Shown here one piece after another: positions 44,657-53,931 of a stretch of DNA of 60,563 nucleotides. The notes under the pieces were generated by a model. It was given only the letters and a program-made list of their open reading frames with translations. It searched no databases and had not been told where the DNA came from. The translations under genes and the position numbers were made by a program. The DNA comes from a virus. Lineage: Duplodnaviria > Caudoviricetes. The stretch spans positions 1-60,563 of the IMG/VR virus record IMGVR_UViG_3300036828_000612. One strand, 5' to 3'. Within the stretch, counting starts at the first letter, position 1. Each line of letters starts with the position of its first letter.

Positions 44657-46720
44657 TCAGGCGGCGCCCGGCGGTAGCGTCTGACGCAACACCTGCACGG
44701 TTGTGCCACCTTCCAGGTTAACAATGAATTTCTCGTTGATCGCCTGATACCGGACTTGAATGTCTGCCTGGACGTAGCCAAGCGATGTGCGGGTAAACGG
44801 ATTGTTGGTCACGTCGCAGACCACGCTGAACGGCACGCCACCGACAATCGAGCCGGTGTTGCCGCCGCCGGTGCCGTCGAGCGTCGCAAGCAGGCCCTGT
44901 TGAAGCAGGTTCCCGAGGTATGACAGGATCGTCGAGCGAATGCGGCGCAACAGATCGTTGTTGATCACCTGCCCAACGAACTTGCCCATGCCACCCGCCA
45001 GCGTCGAGGCGATGTAATTAGTCATGCGCGTGTAATTGTCGCCGCTCACAGCTACATTGCTGGACGAATTATGCCCAGCGCGCACGCCCCAATAGAAACC
45101 ACCCGGTTGCGGATTGGAAATGACATCGATGCCGGCAATAAACAGGACCTGCAAGTCTGCGCTGCTGTATTGCTGCACTGCACCAAGCCCCTGCAGGCCG
45201 GACTTCTGGCTGCCAACCACCCCGTAAAGCTGCTTGTTGAGGGTGGACTGTTCGGGCGAGAGATTGCCCAACCGGCCGGCAACAAACCCCTGTGGGGAAA
45301 TCAGCCGCAGGCCGTTGATCGGGTCGTTCCACCAGATCCAATCGCCATGCATCAACTTGCTGGCGTAATCGTCGAGCCCGGCATTCTGCTTGAGGGTAAC
45401 CGCGCTGGTAATGGAGGTGCCGGCCGGCAGCACCTGGATCATGTAAATGCCCTCGGTCAGGCCGAAGCCATCGATGGTGGTCCACTGGGTGCTGTCATCG
45501 GCGTCGCACAGGTCGCCGACCGAGCAGCCGGTGCCACGCAGGGCAAACATCCCGGTGCGTGTGGCGCCCACGGCGCTGTCGGTGCCGACCAGGGTGGCCA
45601 CGGTGCAGCCGGCGGCCCCGTCAGTGCCCCCGGAGAGCGTGTAGGTGGCCGTGGCGGGTGCCGTCGTGCCGGTGCCAGCCGCTGCGGTGACAATCCCGCT
45701 GGGGCCGCGCTGGACGGCCTGGCCCTTGTTGATGGCCGCTGCCGCGGCGCCCCAGAACGAGGCGATAGGAGTGACCGTGCCGGGCGTGCCGGTGCCGCTC
45801 TGCACAGTGCAGGTCGGGCTGGCAGTGTAGAGCGTGCCGTTGTTGGTCATGGTGACCGTGCCCAGGCCCCAGGCAAACGTGGCGGTTACCGGGCCGACGC
45901 CAACGCCAGATGTCGAGATCATGGTCAGAGGATTGGTCGGGATTGCCGTGCCCGCGCCAATTACCGAACCGAGCGCAGTGCCGGCAACGCCCTGTGCCGA
46001 GAACGTCAGGATTGCGCCGGACGACACAGTCAGAACCTTGGCGACGACGCCATTGGTGAACGAGACCGTGTCGCCGATCACGAAGCCGGTGCCGGGCGAT
46101 CCGATCGTTGGTGTGCCTACAGTCGCCAGATTGACGATGCCGGTCGCGGTCGTGCCGAGCGGGTTGGTCGGCGCGGCGAATGTGAGCGTCGGAACCACAG
46201 TAATGCCGGTGCCGGGGACAACGGTATTGGAGTAGACGCCGCTGGACAAATTGTCGAAGCGTTCCGGCGCCAGGCCGGGCAGCCCGATGGTTACCGAGTT
46301 TGTGCCGGTGCGCGAGCCAGGTCCGACCGTCGCGGTGATCAGGCTGCCGAGCGAACCGGTGAACGCAGCGGTAAATGTAATGTTACTGCCGGCCGGTCCG
46401 GTGCCGGTTGCCGCCGTGTCGGTGCCATCGGTCACACGGACGCAGCGGAAGCTCGCGGCGCCCTGCTGCACGGCGGTCGCGACATGCGTTCCGAGGTCGA
46501 ATTTCCGCGCCTGTAAAGCGCCGAATTGCTGGGTAAACTGCTGCATGGACCCGACGATACCGGGGCTGTTCACGGGTCCCCAATTGGCCGTGCCCACCAC
46601 GCCAACGGTGTTGCTCGGCACGCCGTTGAGCATGAGGTTCTGCGGCGGCACGATCTGCACATACAGATCGGGCACGATCAGGGCAGTTGTATTGAGACTG
46701 CCGCTTTGGGTAATGGGAAT
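44657..46720 (-). CDS. Tail sheath protein; probable ATT start
   Basis: GVVGTANWGPVN, CVRVTDGTD, LSGGTDG, LSPEQSTLNK, NYTRMTNYIA; AGGAGGT immediately upstream of in-frame ATT-CCC-ATT-ACC. Confidence 0.92.
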   Translation of the reverse strand: MPITQSGSLNTTALIVPDLYVQIVPPQNLMLNGVPSNTVGVVGTANWGPVNSPGIVGSMQQFTQQFGALQARKFDLGTHVATAVQQGAASFRCVRVTDGTDTAATGTGPAGSNITFTAAFTGSLGSLITATVGPGSRTGTNSVTIGLPGLAPERFDNLSSGVYSNTVVPGTGITVVPTLTFAAPTNPLGTTATGIVNLATVGTPTIGSPGTGFVIGDTVSFTNGVVAKVLTVSSGAILTFSAQGVAGTALGSVIGAGTAIPTNPLTMISTSGVGVGPVTATFAWGLGTVTMTNNGTLYTASPTCTVQSGTGTPGTVTPIASFWGAAAAAINKGQAVQRGPSGIVTAAAGTGTTAPATATYTLSGGTDGAAGCTVATLVGTDSAVGATRTGMFALRGTGCSVGDLCDADDSTQWTTIDGFGLTEGIYMIQVLPAGTSITSAVTLKQNAGLDDYASKLMHGDWIWWNDPINGLRLISPQGFVAGRLGNLSPEQSTLNKQLYGVVGSQKSGLQGLGAVQQYSSADLQVLFIAGIDVISNPQPGGFYWGVRAGHNSSSNVAVSGDNYTRMTNYIASTLAGGMGKFVGQVINNDLLRRIRSTILSYLGNLLQQGLLATLDGTGGGNTGSIVGGVPFSVVCDVTNNPFTRTSLGYVQADIQVRYQAINEKFIVNLEGGTTVQVLRQTLPPGAA

Positions 46721-46810
46721 GGGAACCTCCTAAGGCCGGCGCGCTAAAATGGCGTCAGTTCAAAGCCGCCCATGTGAGGGCCAATAAACAGGTGGCAACC
46801 AGCAGCGTGG

Positions 46811-47008
46811 TTATGACGCCGGGTCCGCGCCAAAGGCGCTTGCAAGCTCTTGCTCGGCAAGCACGACCAGATGCGGATGCGGCGAGGTCACTTGCACAAC
46901 GTCGGCCCGGTGGTCGCCATTGATGATCTCAGTCACATAAATCGGGTCGTCAATGATGTCGCCGCGCTCGTAGCCGTCGAACGGGTTAAGGACGACGAGA
47001 TGGAACAT
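46811..47008 (-). CDS. Small tail-associated protein
   Basis: LVVLNPFDGYERGDIIDDP motif, typically found before sheath genes. Confidence 0.65.
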   Translation of the reverse strand: MFHLVVLNPFDGYERGDIIDDPIYVTEIINGDHRADVVQVTSPHPHLVVLAEQELASAFGADPAS

Positions 47009-47166
47009 GATTCAATTCCTTGGTTTCCAGCAAATAATGCCAGCATTCGATTTCCCAGGCGGTAAACGCTGCGCGCTCCTTGGCGTGCTTCACCTCAAGG
47101 TCGCGCATGGCATTCCGGTATTCTCGCCACGCTTGCCATGGCCAGATCAGGTCCATGGCAAAAGCC

Positions 47167-48114
47167 CTAGAACGAAGTGGTGAATTTCGGTGGCTGAAAT
47201 TGGCTGACGGTTGTCAATGCCGTAGTGCCTGCCTGGACACTCTCGGTCGGCACAATAAGCGTCGGCAACAGGCCATCAGCATTCACGGCGTATTCAATCA
47301 TGTAGCAAAGGTCACGCCGCCAAAGTCTGGCCTTCTCTGGCCGGTCATCGATGTAAGTGGTCCGGTAGGTGATATGCGCTGTCGTGCCGTCGCTAAGCGG
47401 GAAGAATTCAGTTAGGTTGCCGAATGCGTCTTTGAGACCGGATATGCCCATGTCGACCAGCGAGGCGAGCACGTCGCGCGCCGCCGGCGTTGCCGCCCAG
47501 ATGGACACGCGGAACCCCTGCTTTTGCCGCCGAACCTCAGCCTGGGTTGCCGCCCAGACACCAACGCGAGCAATGAGCGTATGCGCTCCTGGAATCGTAA
47601 TGGCCGCGCCGACAACGTTGACCGTGCGCTTTGGCGAGATCAGCGCAGCCAGGGCGGCCGCGGCGGCAGGCAATGTGTCGTTGGCCTGCACTGCGTAGGC
47701 AATGCCGAACCCGTCGACCACGATGGCAATGTTCTGCGGCACGGTGACGGTGCCGGTCAACGTGGCCACGTTCCCTGCAACAGTCCAGCCCAGCGTGGCT
47801 GCTGGGATTTCCACCGCCGCATCATCCACCGGGAAATAGCGGGTGGTGATCTGGGTCATGCCCTGTTCGGGGAACACGCTTACATGCGCCCGGCCGATTG
47901 CCAGGTCGGCGTCCATCGTGGCTTCCTCGGGCCAGCCGCGATAGGTCTTGGTGATGATCGGCACCAGCGGCGGGGCTGGTGTTGTAGATGTCGGGGGCGG
48001 AAACGCCGCGAGAGCGTTGCTAGCCTGATAATCGCCCGAATTGTAGGGCGCCGGGTAAATAATCCCCGCGAGGACGCCGACTAATGTGGTTTCAACATCG
48101 GATAGGTCTGCCAC
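47167..48114 (-). CDS. Tail terminator/neck protein
   Basis: MADLSDVE...YRGWP...EVRRQKQGF...LWRRDLCYMIEY. Confidence 0.75.
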   Translation of the reverse strand: MADLSDVETTLVGVLAGIIYPAPYNSGDYQASNALAAFPPPTSTTPAPPLVPIITKTYRGWPEEATMDADLAIGRAHVSVFPEQGMTQITTRYFPVDDAAVEIPAATLGWTVAGNVATLTGTVTVPQNIAIVVDGFGIAYAVQANDTLPAAAAALAALISPKRTVNVVGAAITIPGAHTLIARVGVWAATQAEVRRQKQGFRVSIWAATPAARDVLASLVDMGISGLKDAFGNLTEFFPLSDGTTAHITYRTTYIDDRPEKARLWRRDLCYMIEYAVNADGLLPTLIVPTESVQAGTTALTTVSQFQPPKFTTSF

Positions 48115-48115
48115 G

Positions 48116-48547
48116 TCATAGCTTCGCTAGAACGGCCAGAGATACGGCCACATTGACGGCCTCAATAATGGCATCGGTGGCGTTCGCGGTGTCGTTGGTG
48201 AGGTCCACCAGCGCATCGTGAAGGGTCTCGCCGCTGATGCTGTCTTCGGTGGCCTCGGTGACAACATCGGTGGCAGCCGCCCAGGTGGCGTCGTCGGTGG
48301 CGGTGGCAGCATCGGTGGCATCGCGGGTGGCAGCGTCGGTGGCTGGTTCACTTTCAGCCCCCGCGGCCTGATAGAGCGCCGTGCGGGAGGCTTCCCAGTG
48401 TTCCTCGCTGAGCGTGGCTAGGGTGGCAGTGTAAGTGGCACCGAGAGCGGCAGCGAGGATACCAGTGTGGGCGACGGCGAGTGCAGCATCGCTGATGATG
48501 GCGTCGCCGATGGCGGCGCTGGCGTCGTCAATGTCGCCCATGGTCAT
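48116..48547 (-). CDS. Acidic xxAT-repeat family protein in the neck module
   Basis: ATYTATLAT...ATDAATRDATDAATATDDATWAAAT; coupled both sides. Confidence 0.65.
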   Translation of the reverse strand: MTMGDIDDASAAIGDAIISDAALAVAHTGILAAALGATYTATLATLSEEHWEASRTALYQAAGAESEPATDAATRDATDAATATDDATWAAATDVVTEATEDSISGETLHDALVDLTNDTANATDAIIEAVNVAVSLAVLAKL

Positions 48548-49212
48548 GTGGTTTCCTGGTTGGCCGTCAGCCGATAGCCGAGTGCGGTCAGTTCCGTCGA
48601 ACTCACGATATAGCGTTGCGTGATAGCCTGCTCATCGGTGACAACGTCACCGGCCCTGATCTGCACCCCGAACGGAATTGAGGATGGCAAGAGGATCGTC
48701 ACCCACGGCATCTTCACATCGCCCGGCAGCCGCGCGAACGGATCGGCCTCATTCCCCTTTGGTCCCTGCACCACGGCCGCGGGCCACGCGGTGAGGATGC
48801 GGGTTTCAGTCGCCGTCTCGTCGCCACCGTAGTAGCCTATCCCAGATGGAGGCGCCCCCGGACGACCGATCGTCAACGCGCGATTGCAGCGCGCCACATA
48901 GGCCGGCAGGTAGGTTTCCAGCGACGCAATGAAAAAGGTGCCGAGATTTGGATCAACGACATAGTCGCCAACCAGCACCAGCGAGGCGTCCAAGATACCC
49001 ACCCATTCCGGCTTACCGTATTTGCTCGGGAGGGTAAAGTTGAGGGTGGACCACGGATAGAACAGCGCCATAATCGGAGGCAGCGGGTTGCCAGAGACAA
49101 TCGGGTCGGCAGTGCTGATCGGGCGATAGTGGGCGCACGGCAAGCCGGCCTTTTGTGCTGACTTGCCGTAGCCGAATTGAACTTTGGTGGTGATCAGGTA
49201 TTGGTCGACCAC
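48544..49212 (-). CDS. Head closure/neck protein
   Basis: GYGKSAQKAG...VGDY...RCNR...LPGDVKMP...ELTALGYRL. Confidence 0.7.
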   Translation of the reverse strand: MVDQYLITTKVQFGYGKSAQKAGLPCAHYRPISTADPIVSGNPLPPIMALFYPWSTLNFTLPSKYGKPEWVGILDASLVLVGDYVVDPNLGTFFIASLETYLPAYVARCNRALTIGRPGAPPSGIGYYGGDETATETRILTAWPAAVVQGPKGNEADPFARLPGDVKMPWVTILLPSSIPFGVQIRAGDVVTDEQAITQRYIVSSTELTALGYRLTANQETT

Positions 49213-49237
49213 AGCGCCAGCCTTTCAACAGGGATGA

Positions 49238-49495
49238 TCAGCCGGATGATCGGCCGCCGATTTCCATTACGGCAGCCCAGATCGCATTGCGGCGCTTTAC
49301 CTGCATATCCATGCGCCAGGCGCGCTCTGCCTTGATCTCATTGTATTCTGCCTCGCTGAGTTTGCCGTAATGAGCAATGTCGGACTTGCCGATATCCTCT
49401 TTTTGGGTGTTCTCGATTGCCGACCACAGGCGGAAGCACGTCGCGCAGGCGTCGCCATAGGTGGTGGGAATGAAACTGTGCCCAGCGATTGTCAC
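49238..49495 (-). CDS. Hypothetical protein (H...CxxC)
   Basis: Coupled GTG start. Confidence 0.5.
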   Translation of the reverse strand: MTIAGHSFIPTTYGDACATCFRLWSAIENTQKEDIGKSDIAHYGKLSEAEYNEIKAERAWRMDMQVKRRNAIWAAVMEIGGRSSG

Positions 49496-49725
49496 GGGTT
49501 ATCAATCTGATCTTTGATCTCTTCCGCTGAGAGGCCGCACTTGACGGCGTATCGCTCGAAAAGCCCCCGCAGCCGGCGGATTTCTCTCTGCTCTGCTCCG
49601 CAATACATGTCGCACATCCTGCAACGATCCATGAGCTCGTCCATCATATCGGCAATATCATGCAGCTCGGCCGCACGCAGACGCTCGCCGTAGCCGCTCG
49701 CTTCCGGTTCCGGCGTTTCATTCAT
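49492..49725 (-). CDS. Hypothetical protein, paralogue of 49718-49918
   Basis: ERLRAAELHDIAD...RMCDMYCG. Confidence 0.6.
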   Translation of the reverse strand: MNETPEPEASGYGERLRAAELHDIADMMDELMDRCRMCDMYCGAEQREIRRLRGLFERYAVKCGLSAEEIKDQIDNP

Positions 49726-49918
49726 CGCCAGGCCCGAGCAACCGTTCCAACTCTCGCATGGTAACGCCTTTTCTACGCGCGTCGCCACAGTATTCGTTGC
49801 ACATCCGTTCGCGGCGAATAAGCCCGGCCATTTCGTCAGCGATATCGTGCAAGCCGGCCGCGCGCAGACGCTCGTCAAAACCGGTGTAGAGTTTCTCGTT
49901 ATCGCCAGGCTGTGTCAT
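49718..49918 (-). CDS. Hypothetical protein, paralogue of 49492-49725
   Basis: ERLRAAGLHDIAD...RMCNEYCG; AGGAG RBS. Confidence 0.6.
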   Translation of the reverse strand: MTQPGDNEKLYTGFDERLRAAGLHDIADEMAGLIRRERMCNEYCGDARRKGVTMRELERLLGPGDE

Positions 49919-50094
49919 GATCGTCCGGCTCCTGATGGGCGGCCCGCATGGCCGCCCAGAGTAACTTGGCCTCATTCACGGCGTGCTTCATTTGGTCCAT
50001 TTTCTCGGCATGATGATCCGAATGGATCATGTGCCGTGATGCGTAGAACACCATGGCAGCGAGAAAGATCGCGCCATCGTGGTCCATGGCGCCG

Positions 50095-50451
50095 TTACGG
50101 CGTTGCCGGCGGCGGTGGCGGCGGGGCAGCGAGGGTGTTGAGGCTCGCCACGCTACCGCCAAGCATGCTGTCAACAGCGGCGTGCAAAGCAGCAGCGTCG
50201 GCCGGAGTAACGACGGTTCCCGCAGCCGGAAGCATCGCCTTTAGCGCAAGCACGTCATTGGCGATTGTCTGAGCCGCAGCAAGAACCGCGGCAGTGTCGG
50301 CCTGGACTTCCTGTTGAATTGTCGTGCTCATGGTGATTACCTTTTGCTGTAGCGTTGCGATTGCCGAAAGAACCTGTTGCTGTAGCGTGCGAATTGCCGA
50401 AAGAACGTCCTGATTCCCCGAGCCGTAGAACCGAGATGGGAAAAGCGCCAT
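50095..50451 (-). CDS. Coiled-coil Ala-rich protein
   Basis: VLSAIxTLQQ x2; Pro-rich tail. Confidence 0.55.
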   Translation of the reverse strand: MALFPSRFYGSGNQDVLSAIRTLQQQVLSAIATLQQKVITMSTTIQQEVQADTAAVLAAAQTIANDVLALKAMLPAAGTVVTPADAAALHAAVDSMLGGSVASLNTLAAPPPPPPATP

Positions 50452-50452
50452 C

Positions 50453-50863
50453 TCAGGCCCGGACCAGCCGGTTGCTGGCCTGAATGCCCGGGCCAGGGGA
50501 AAACCCCAGCCAGTGGCAAAGCTCAACCCGCAGTTCCATGAACATACTGCGGCGTTCGGAGACTTCCGACTTGTTGTGCGTCCAGATTGCCGCCTTATCC
50601 GTGTCCAAGTTCGCGCTGGCGGCCTGTATGTCAGCCTCGCGCGCGGTGAGCGTCGGCAGATAGTAGGTTGTCAGCGTGGTCTCTTCCTCAGGACTCAGAT
50701 GCGCAAGGCGGCCGCCGACCCCGGTCGGGTCGTCCAGCGCAATGCCCATGTAGGACACGTCAGAATAGACCAGCTCGCGGAAGTTGGCATAAAACGCATC
50801 GCCGGTTACCGAATACCCCATGTAACGGCGGGTATCGACCAGCTGCTGCGCGCTCAAGGTCAT
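50453..50863 (-). CDS. Head-tail adaptor
   Basis: DTRRYMGY...NLDTDKAAIWTHN..E...ELCHWLGFSPGP. Confidence 0.75.
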   Translation of the reverse strand: MTLSAQQLVDTRRYMGYSVTGDAFYANFRELVYSDVSYMGIALDDPTGVGGRLAHLSPEEETTLTTYYLPTLTAREADIQAASANLDTDKAAIWTHNKSEVSERRSMFMELRVELCHWLGFSPGPGIQASNRLVRA

Positions 50864-51164
50864 GACAGGCGCTCCCGTGGCAGATCGCGCGCTTGTCGCC
50901 AGCCCGCCAGACGGTGAGCTTCGAGCGTGGACGGATGGATATGCAGTACCTCGCCAAGTTCGTTCACGACCGCCACCAGGCCCTTCGGCGCGGGGGGCGG
51001 CGTGGGAGCCGGGTTCATGGCGTCGTGGCCCTCCAGCCCCTCGCCATAGCCTTTTTCGAAGCCTTCATCGAACCCACGACGGTAGGCAGCCTTGCGCGCC
51101 TGCTCGGCCGCCACGAGCTCGGGTGACGGTCCAACAGGTGCAGGCGGCCTGGGCTCGCCGTGCA
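50860..51164 (-). CDS. Hypothetical head-region protein
   Basis: IHPSTLEAHRLAGW motif; start uncertain. Confidence 0.55.
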
Positions 51165-51194
51165 TCTGTGCCAGGGGCTTGCTGCCTGACACGG

Positions 51195-51581
51195 TCAGGC
51201 TTCCGCCGCCGGCAGCTTCGGATCTGCGGCCCAACCATCGGCCTCATGCAGCGCCACCTGCGTCGCGTTGTGCTCCATCTTTGCTTTGATGACACCAGCA
51301 ACCGCCGCATGCTTTGCCGATACCGGCACGCCGACATGGCGCACACGGCCAGCTTTGACCATGCGCGTCTGGCCCTCAACAGGAGCTGCGGCGGGGTCGA
51401 CGTCTGGGTGATGCAGGGTCCAACCAACCGCCTGATGGGCGGAGACGGCGCTTAGGTCGACGTCGCTCTGCTCGCCGTCTTTGACCATCGCCACCATGCC
51501 AGGCGGGGGCAAGGTTGGCGCTGCCTCAGAGGCGGCCGCGGCGGCGTCTGCAACAGCGGGATCGGCGGAAGCCTTGGCCAT
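51195..51581 (-). CDS. Hypothetical head-region protein
   Basis: AGGAG RBS; VSAHQAVGW and VALHEADGW motifs; directly after MCP. Confidence 0.65.
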   Translation of the reverse strand: MAKASADPAVADAAAAASEAAPTLPPPGMVAMVKDGEQSDVDLSAVSAHQAVGWTLHHPDVDPAAAPVEGQTRMVKAGRVRHVGVPVSAKHAAVAGVIKAKMEHNATQVALHEADGWAADPKLPAAEA

Positions 51582-51601
51582 AGTGTGACTTGCTCCTATT
51601 G

Positions 51602-52771
51602 TTAACCCATCAGAATGGCAATGTGGTTCGGCTTGATCGCCGCAAAACCCCACGCAAGCCGCACCAGATAAACCAACTGCATGAACTGGCGATACAGCGC
51701 CACCTCGAACGTGATGCCGGAGAACGGATCGGTTACCTGCATCACGTCGTCGGCCATGTCGCGGGCTTCCCCGTTCGGGCCGATCGGCGAGAGCGGCACG
51801 CGGGTGATCAGTTGGATAGCACTGCGCTGGAATGCAACGTTGGGCGTGTAGTTTGCACCGACGGTCAAGGCGTTGGCGGTAGCGATCACGACCTTGGCGC
51901 CAGGCGCTCCGATGGTGATCGTGCCGGGCGCGGCGACGCCGGTATTGACCACGTACTTGTTAGTAGCGTCGGCCGCGAACGTGACCACGTCGCCTGCGAG
52001 CACAGTGCCGGTGCCGGTCACCAGCGCGATGCTATTGACACCAACCGCAGTCGAGCCCGATGTGACATAGGATGCGCCGGTGCCTTTGGTGACCTGGGTA
52101 ATGGCGTTGCTGTTGTGCAACTCGAAACCGGCCAACGGCACATCGGCAATGGCGCCAGTGCGGCGGAAGGCGTTGTTGCCCTCTTCGTTCGATTTCAACA
52201 GGATGGTCTGCTTGCCGCGCAAGTTGGCGACCGCGGCCGAGCCGAGCACCAGGTGCAGGTCCGACTGTGGCGCGCCGTTGTCATCGAGCACCTGACGGGT
52301 GAATGCGGCATCGGTCAAGTCTGTTGCCGTGCCAAAGGGCGTCTGGGCTGCGGTGCCGACCGCGCGGGATGCGCCCTGGTAGGCCGTCTGCCACAGGTTC
52401 ACCTCGATAGCATTGGTGAGCGTGCGGAATGCCTGGGTGAACTGGTTGCGGAGAATACCGCTATATTCACCGGCATTGATTAGACCGCGCTGCTCTTCAC
52501 CCTGCCACCGGATGGGGACATAGTTGGACTGCGAGATCGTCATTGCGGTGTTGCCGATGGTCTGGTCACCAGTGTTGGGCGCGGTCACGGCCGGGGCGTT
52601 CGACGCCATTGCCTGCGACTGCGTGATCGGCACCAGAATGGACTGGTTGAGCGCGGCCCGCTCGGCCGAACTGTTGCGCTCAACGGCTGGGATGAATCCC
52701 ACCATTTCGCGCGATACAATATCGAGAGACTCGTAAATAGTCGGCGTAAGGCCGGTAAGGGTGTTCGCCAC
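51602..52771 (-). CDS. Major capsid protein (P22 gp5-like)
   Basis: MANTLTGLTPTIYESLDIVSREMVGFIPAV...QAFRTLTNAIE...DPFSGITFEVALY...AWG. Confidence 0.92.
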   Translation of the reverse strand: MANTLTGLTPTIYESLDIVSREMVGFIPAVERNSSAERAALNQSILVPITQSQAMASNAPAVTAPNTGDQTIGNTAMTISQSNYVPIRWQGEEQRGLINAGEYSGILRNQFTQAFRTLTNAIEVNLWQTAYQGASRAVGTAAQTPFGTATDLTDAAFTRQVLDDNGAPQSDLHLVLGSAAVANLRGKQTILLKSNEEGNNAFRRTGAIADVPLAGFELHNSNAITQVTKGTGASYVTSGSTAVGVNSIALVTGTGTVLAGDVVTFAADATNKYVVNTGVAAPGTITIGAPGAKVVIATANALTVGANYTPNVAFQRSAIQLITRVPLSPIGPNGEARDMADDVMQVTDPFSGITFEVALYRQFMQLVYLVRLAWGFAAIKPNHIAILMG

Positions 52772-52818
52772 CGAAAAGCTCCTGTGATGGGATGGGTTTG
52801 AAAATACGCGCTAAAATC

Positions 52819-52858
52819 AGCGGGTATCCTCGCTCAAGTGTCCCCATCCTGGAGCGCT
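52819..52858 (-). promoter_or_regulatory. Two AGGAU-loop hairpins upstream of MCP
   Basis: mRNA sense CTCC-AGGAT-GGGG and AGCG-AGGATACC-CGCT. Confidence 0.4.
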
Positions 52859-52868
52859 CGGCGAGTAA

Positions 52869-53642
52869 TCAGGAATCGACGATCTGCGTTTTGCCTTCGC
52901 GCATAAGCTGGACGCGCGCGACGGGTGTGAGTGATTCAAAATGGGCCCGCGTCATCGTGCCGGCTTGGCTGGTGCCCTGCCCGCCGCCGTTGGCGCCGGA
53001 GCCTGACGCACCGGACCCCTTGAGGATACTGGCGCGGTAGGGGTATTGGCCGACCAGCGTTTCCAGCGCCTCGTCGAAGTCAGCCACTTCGCCGGGCCGC
53101 TCGCGGCTGAAAATCCGGTTGCCCGACGCATCCTTTGCGACGATCTTTCCCTCGTCGATCGCGAAGTGCGGCCCAAAGCGTGCCTGCACGAAATCCGGAG
53201 GAATGGCGAGCTTGTCGGCGATGTATTTTGAGCGTGCGAACGAGCCGCCAATAATTTCCTGGAACAGCTGGCCGCGGAGCGCGTCGCGTTCGGCAACCAC
53301 CGGATTATACAGCGACTCAATCTGGGCCTTGTAGGCTTTCTCTGCTTCGGCCTTTACCTCGTCCAACTTGCCGGCGTGGATTAGGTTGCCGAGCTGGACG
53401 TCTTTCACCTTTTGCAGCGCATCACGCGCGGCGGCGGGATCCGCTATACCGTCGAACAGCTTCAGGCGGTTCTCGAACGATGTTGCTCTATCGCGATGCG
53501 ACCGGGCCTCGTCATTCAGCCGCGCGATTGTCGCGAGCGTGCCAGTGTAGTCGAACGCGACTTCACGCCCGTCATCGGCCACGTACACAGGCTTGCCATC
53601 CTGGACGACAGCAGCGCCATCGTCGGCGAGTTTCAGCTTCAT
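52869..53642 (-). CDS. Capsid scaffolding protein (DUF6651-like)
   Basis: MKLKL...VVQDGKPVYV.DDG.E...IGGSFARSK...PGEVADFDEALETLV..YP...ILK.SGASG. Confidence 0.85.
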   Translation of the reverse strand: MKLKLADDGAAVVQDGKPVYVADDGREVAFDYTGTLATIARLNDEARSHRDRATSFENRLKLFDGIADPAAARDALQKVKDVQLGNLIHAGKLDEVKAEAEKAYKAQIESLYNPVVAERDALRGQLFQEIIGGSFARSKYIADKLAIPPDFVQARFGPHFAIDEGKIVAKDASGNRIFSRERPGEVADFDEALETLVGQYPYRASILKGSGASGSGANGGGQGTSQAGTMTRAHFESLTPVARVQLMREGKTQIVDS

Positions 53643-53656
53643 GGTGTGGGTGTCCT

Positions 53657-53716
53657 GGTCATCCGACCGTTACGGGCCATCCGGCCCGGTAAGCTGGGTG
53701 GCATCCGCCACCCAGC
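53657..53716 (-). promoter_or_regulatory. Three tandem hairpins with identical C-GGAU-G loops in the scaffold leader
   Basis: Plus strand ggtc-ATCC-gacc, gggcc-ATCC-ggccc, gctgggtggc-ATCC-gccacccagc. Confidence 0.7.
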
Positions 53717-53733
53717 AAAGACGTGTAGGCTAG

Positions 53734-53928
53734 CTACTTCTTCCCGATACCGGGGTACTTTTTTGCAACTGCACGGCGCACGCGAGCTTTCAGCGCCGGG
53801 GATTTGTTGGCAACGCGGGCCAGCGCATTGCGCGCATGGCTCGCGTTCTCGATGGGATAGCTGCGGTCAGGTCCCGCGAACGACTTGGTAGGGATGGAGC
53901 GGCGCCCGGCCGCGGTGAGCTTCGCCAT
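53734..53928 (-). CDS. Small basic protein (DUF6582-like)
   Basis: LTAAGRRSIP...FA...YPIENASHARNALARV. Confidence 0.8.
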   Translation of the reverse strand: MAKLTAAGRRSIPTKSFAGPDRSYPIENASHARNALARVANKSPALKARVRRAVAKKYPGIGKK

Positions 53929-53931
53929 GAC

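Noticed and set aside
45071-46516. Long antisense ORFs (481 aa here; also 58045-59268, 56162-57532, 51590-52483)
   Set aside because: They lie opposite well-supported structural genes in high-GC DNA and show no motifs or RBS.
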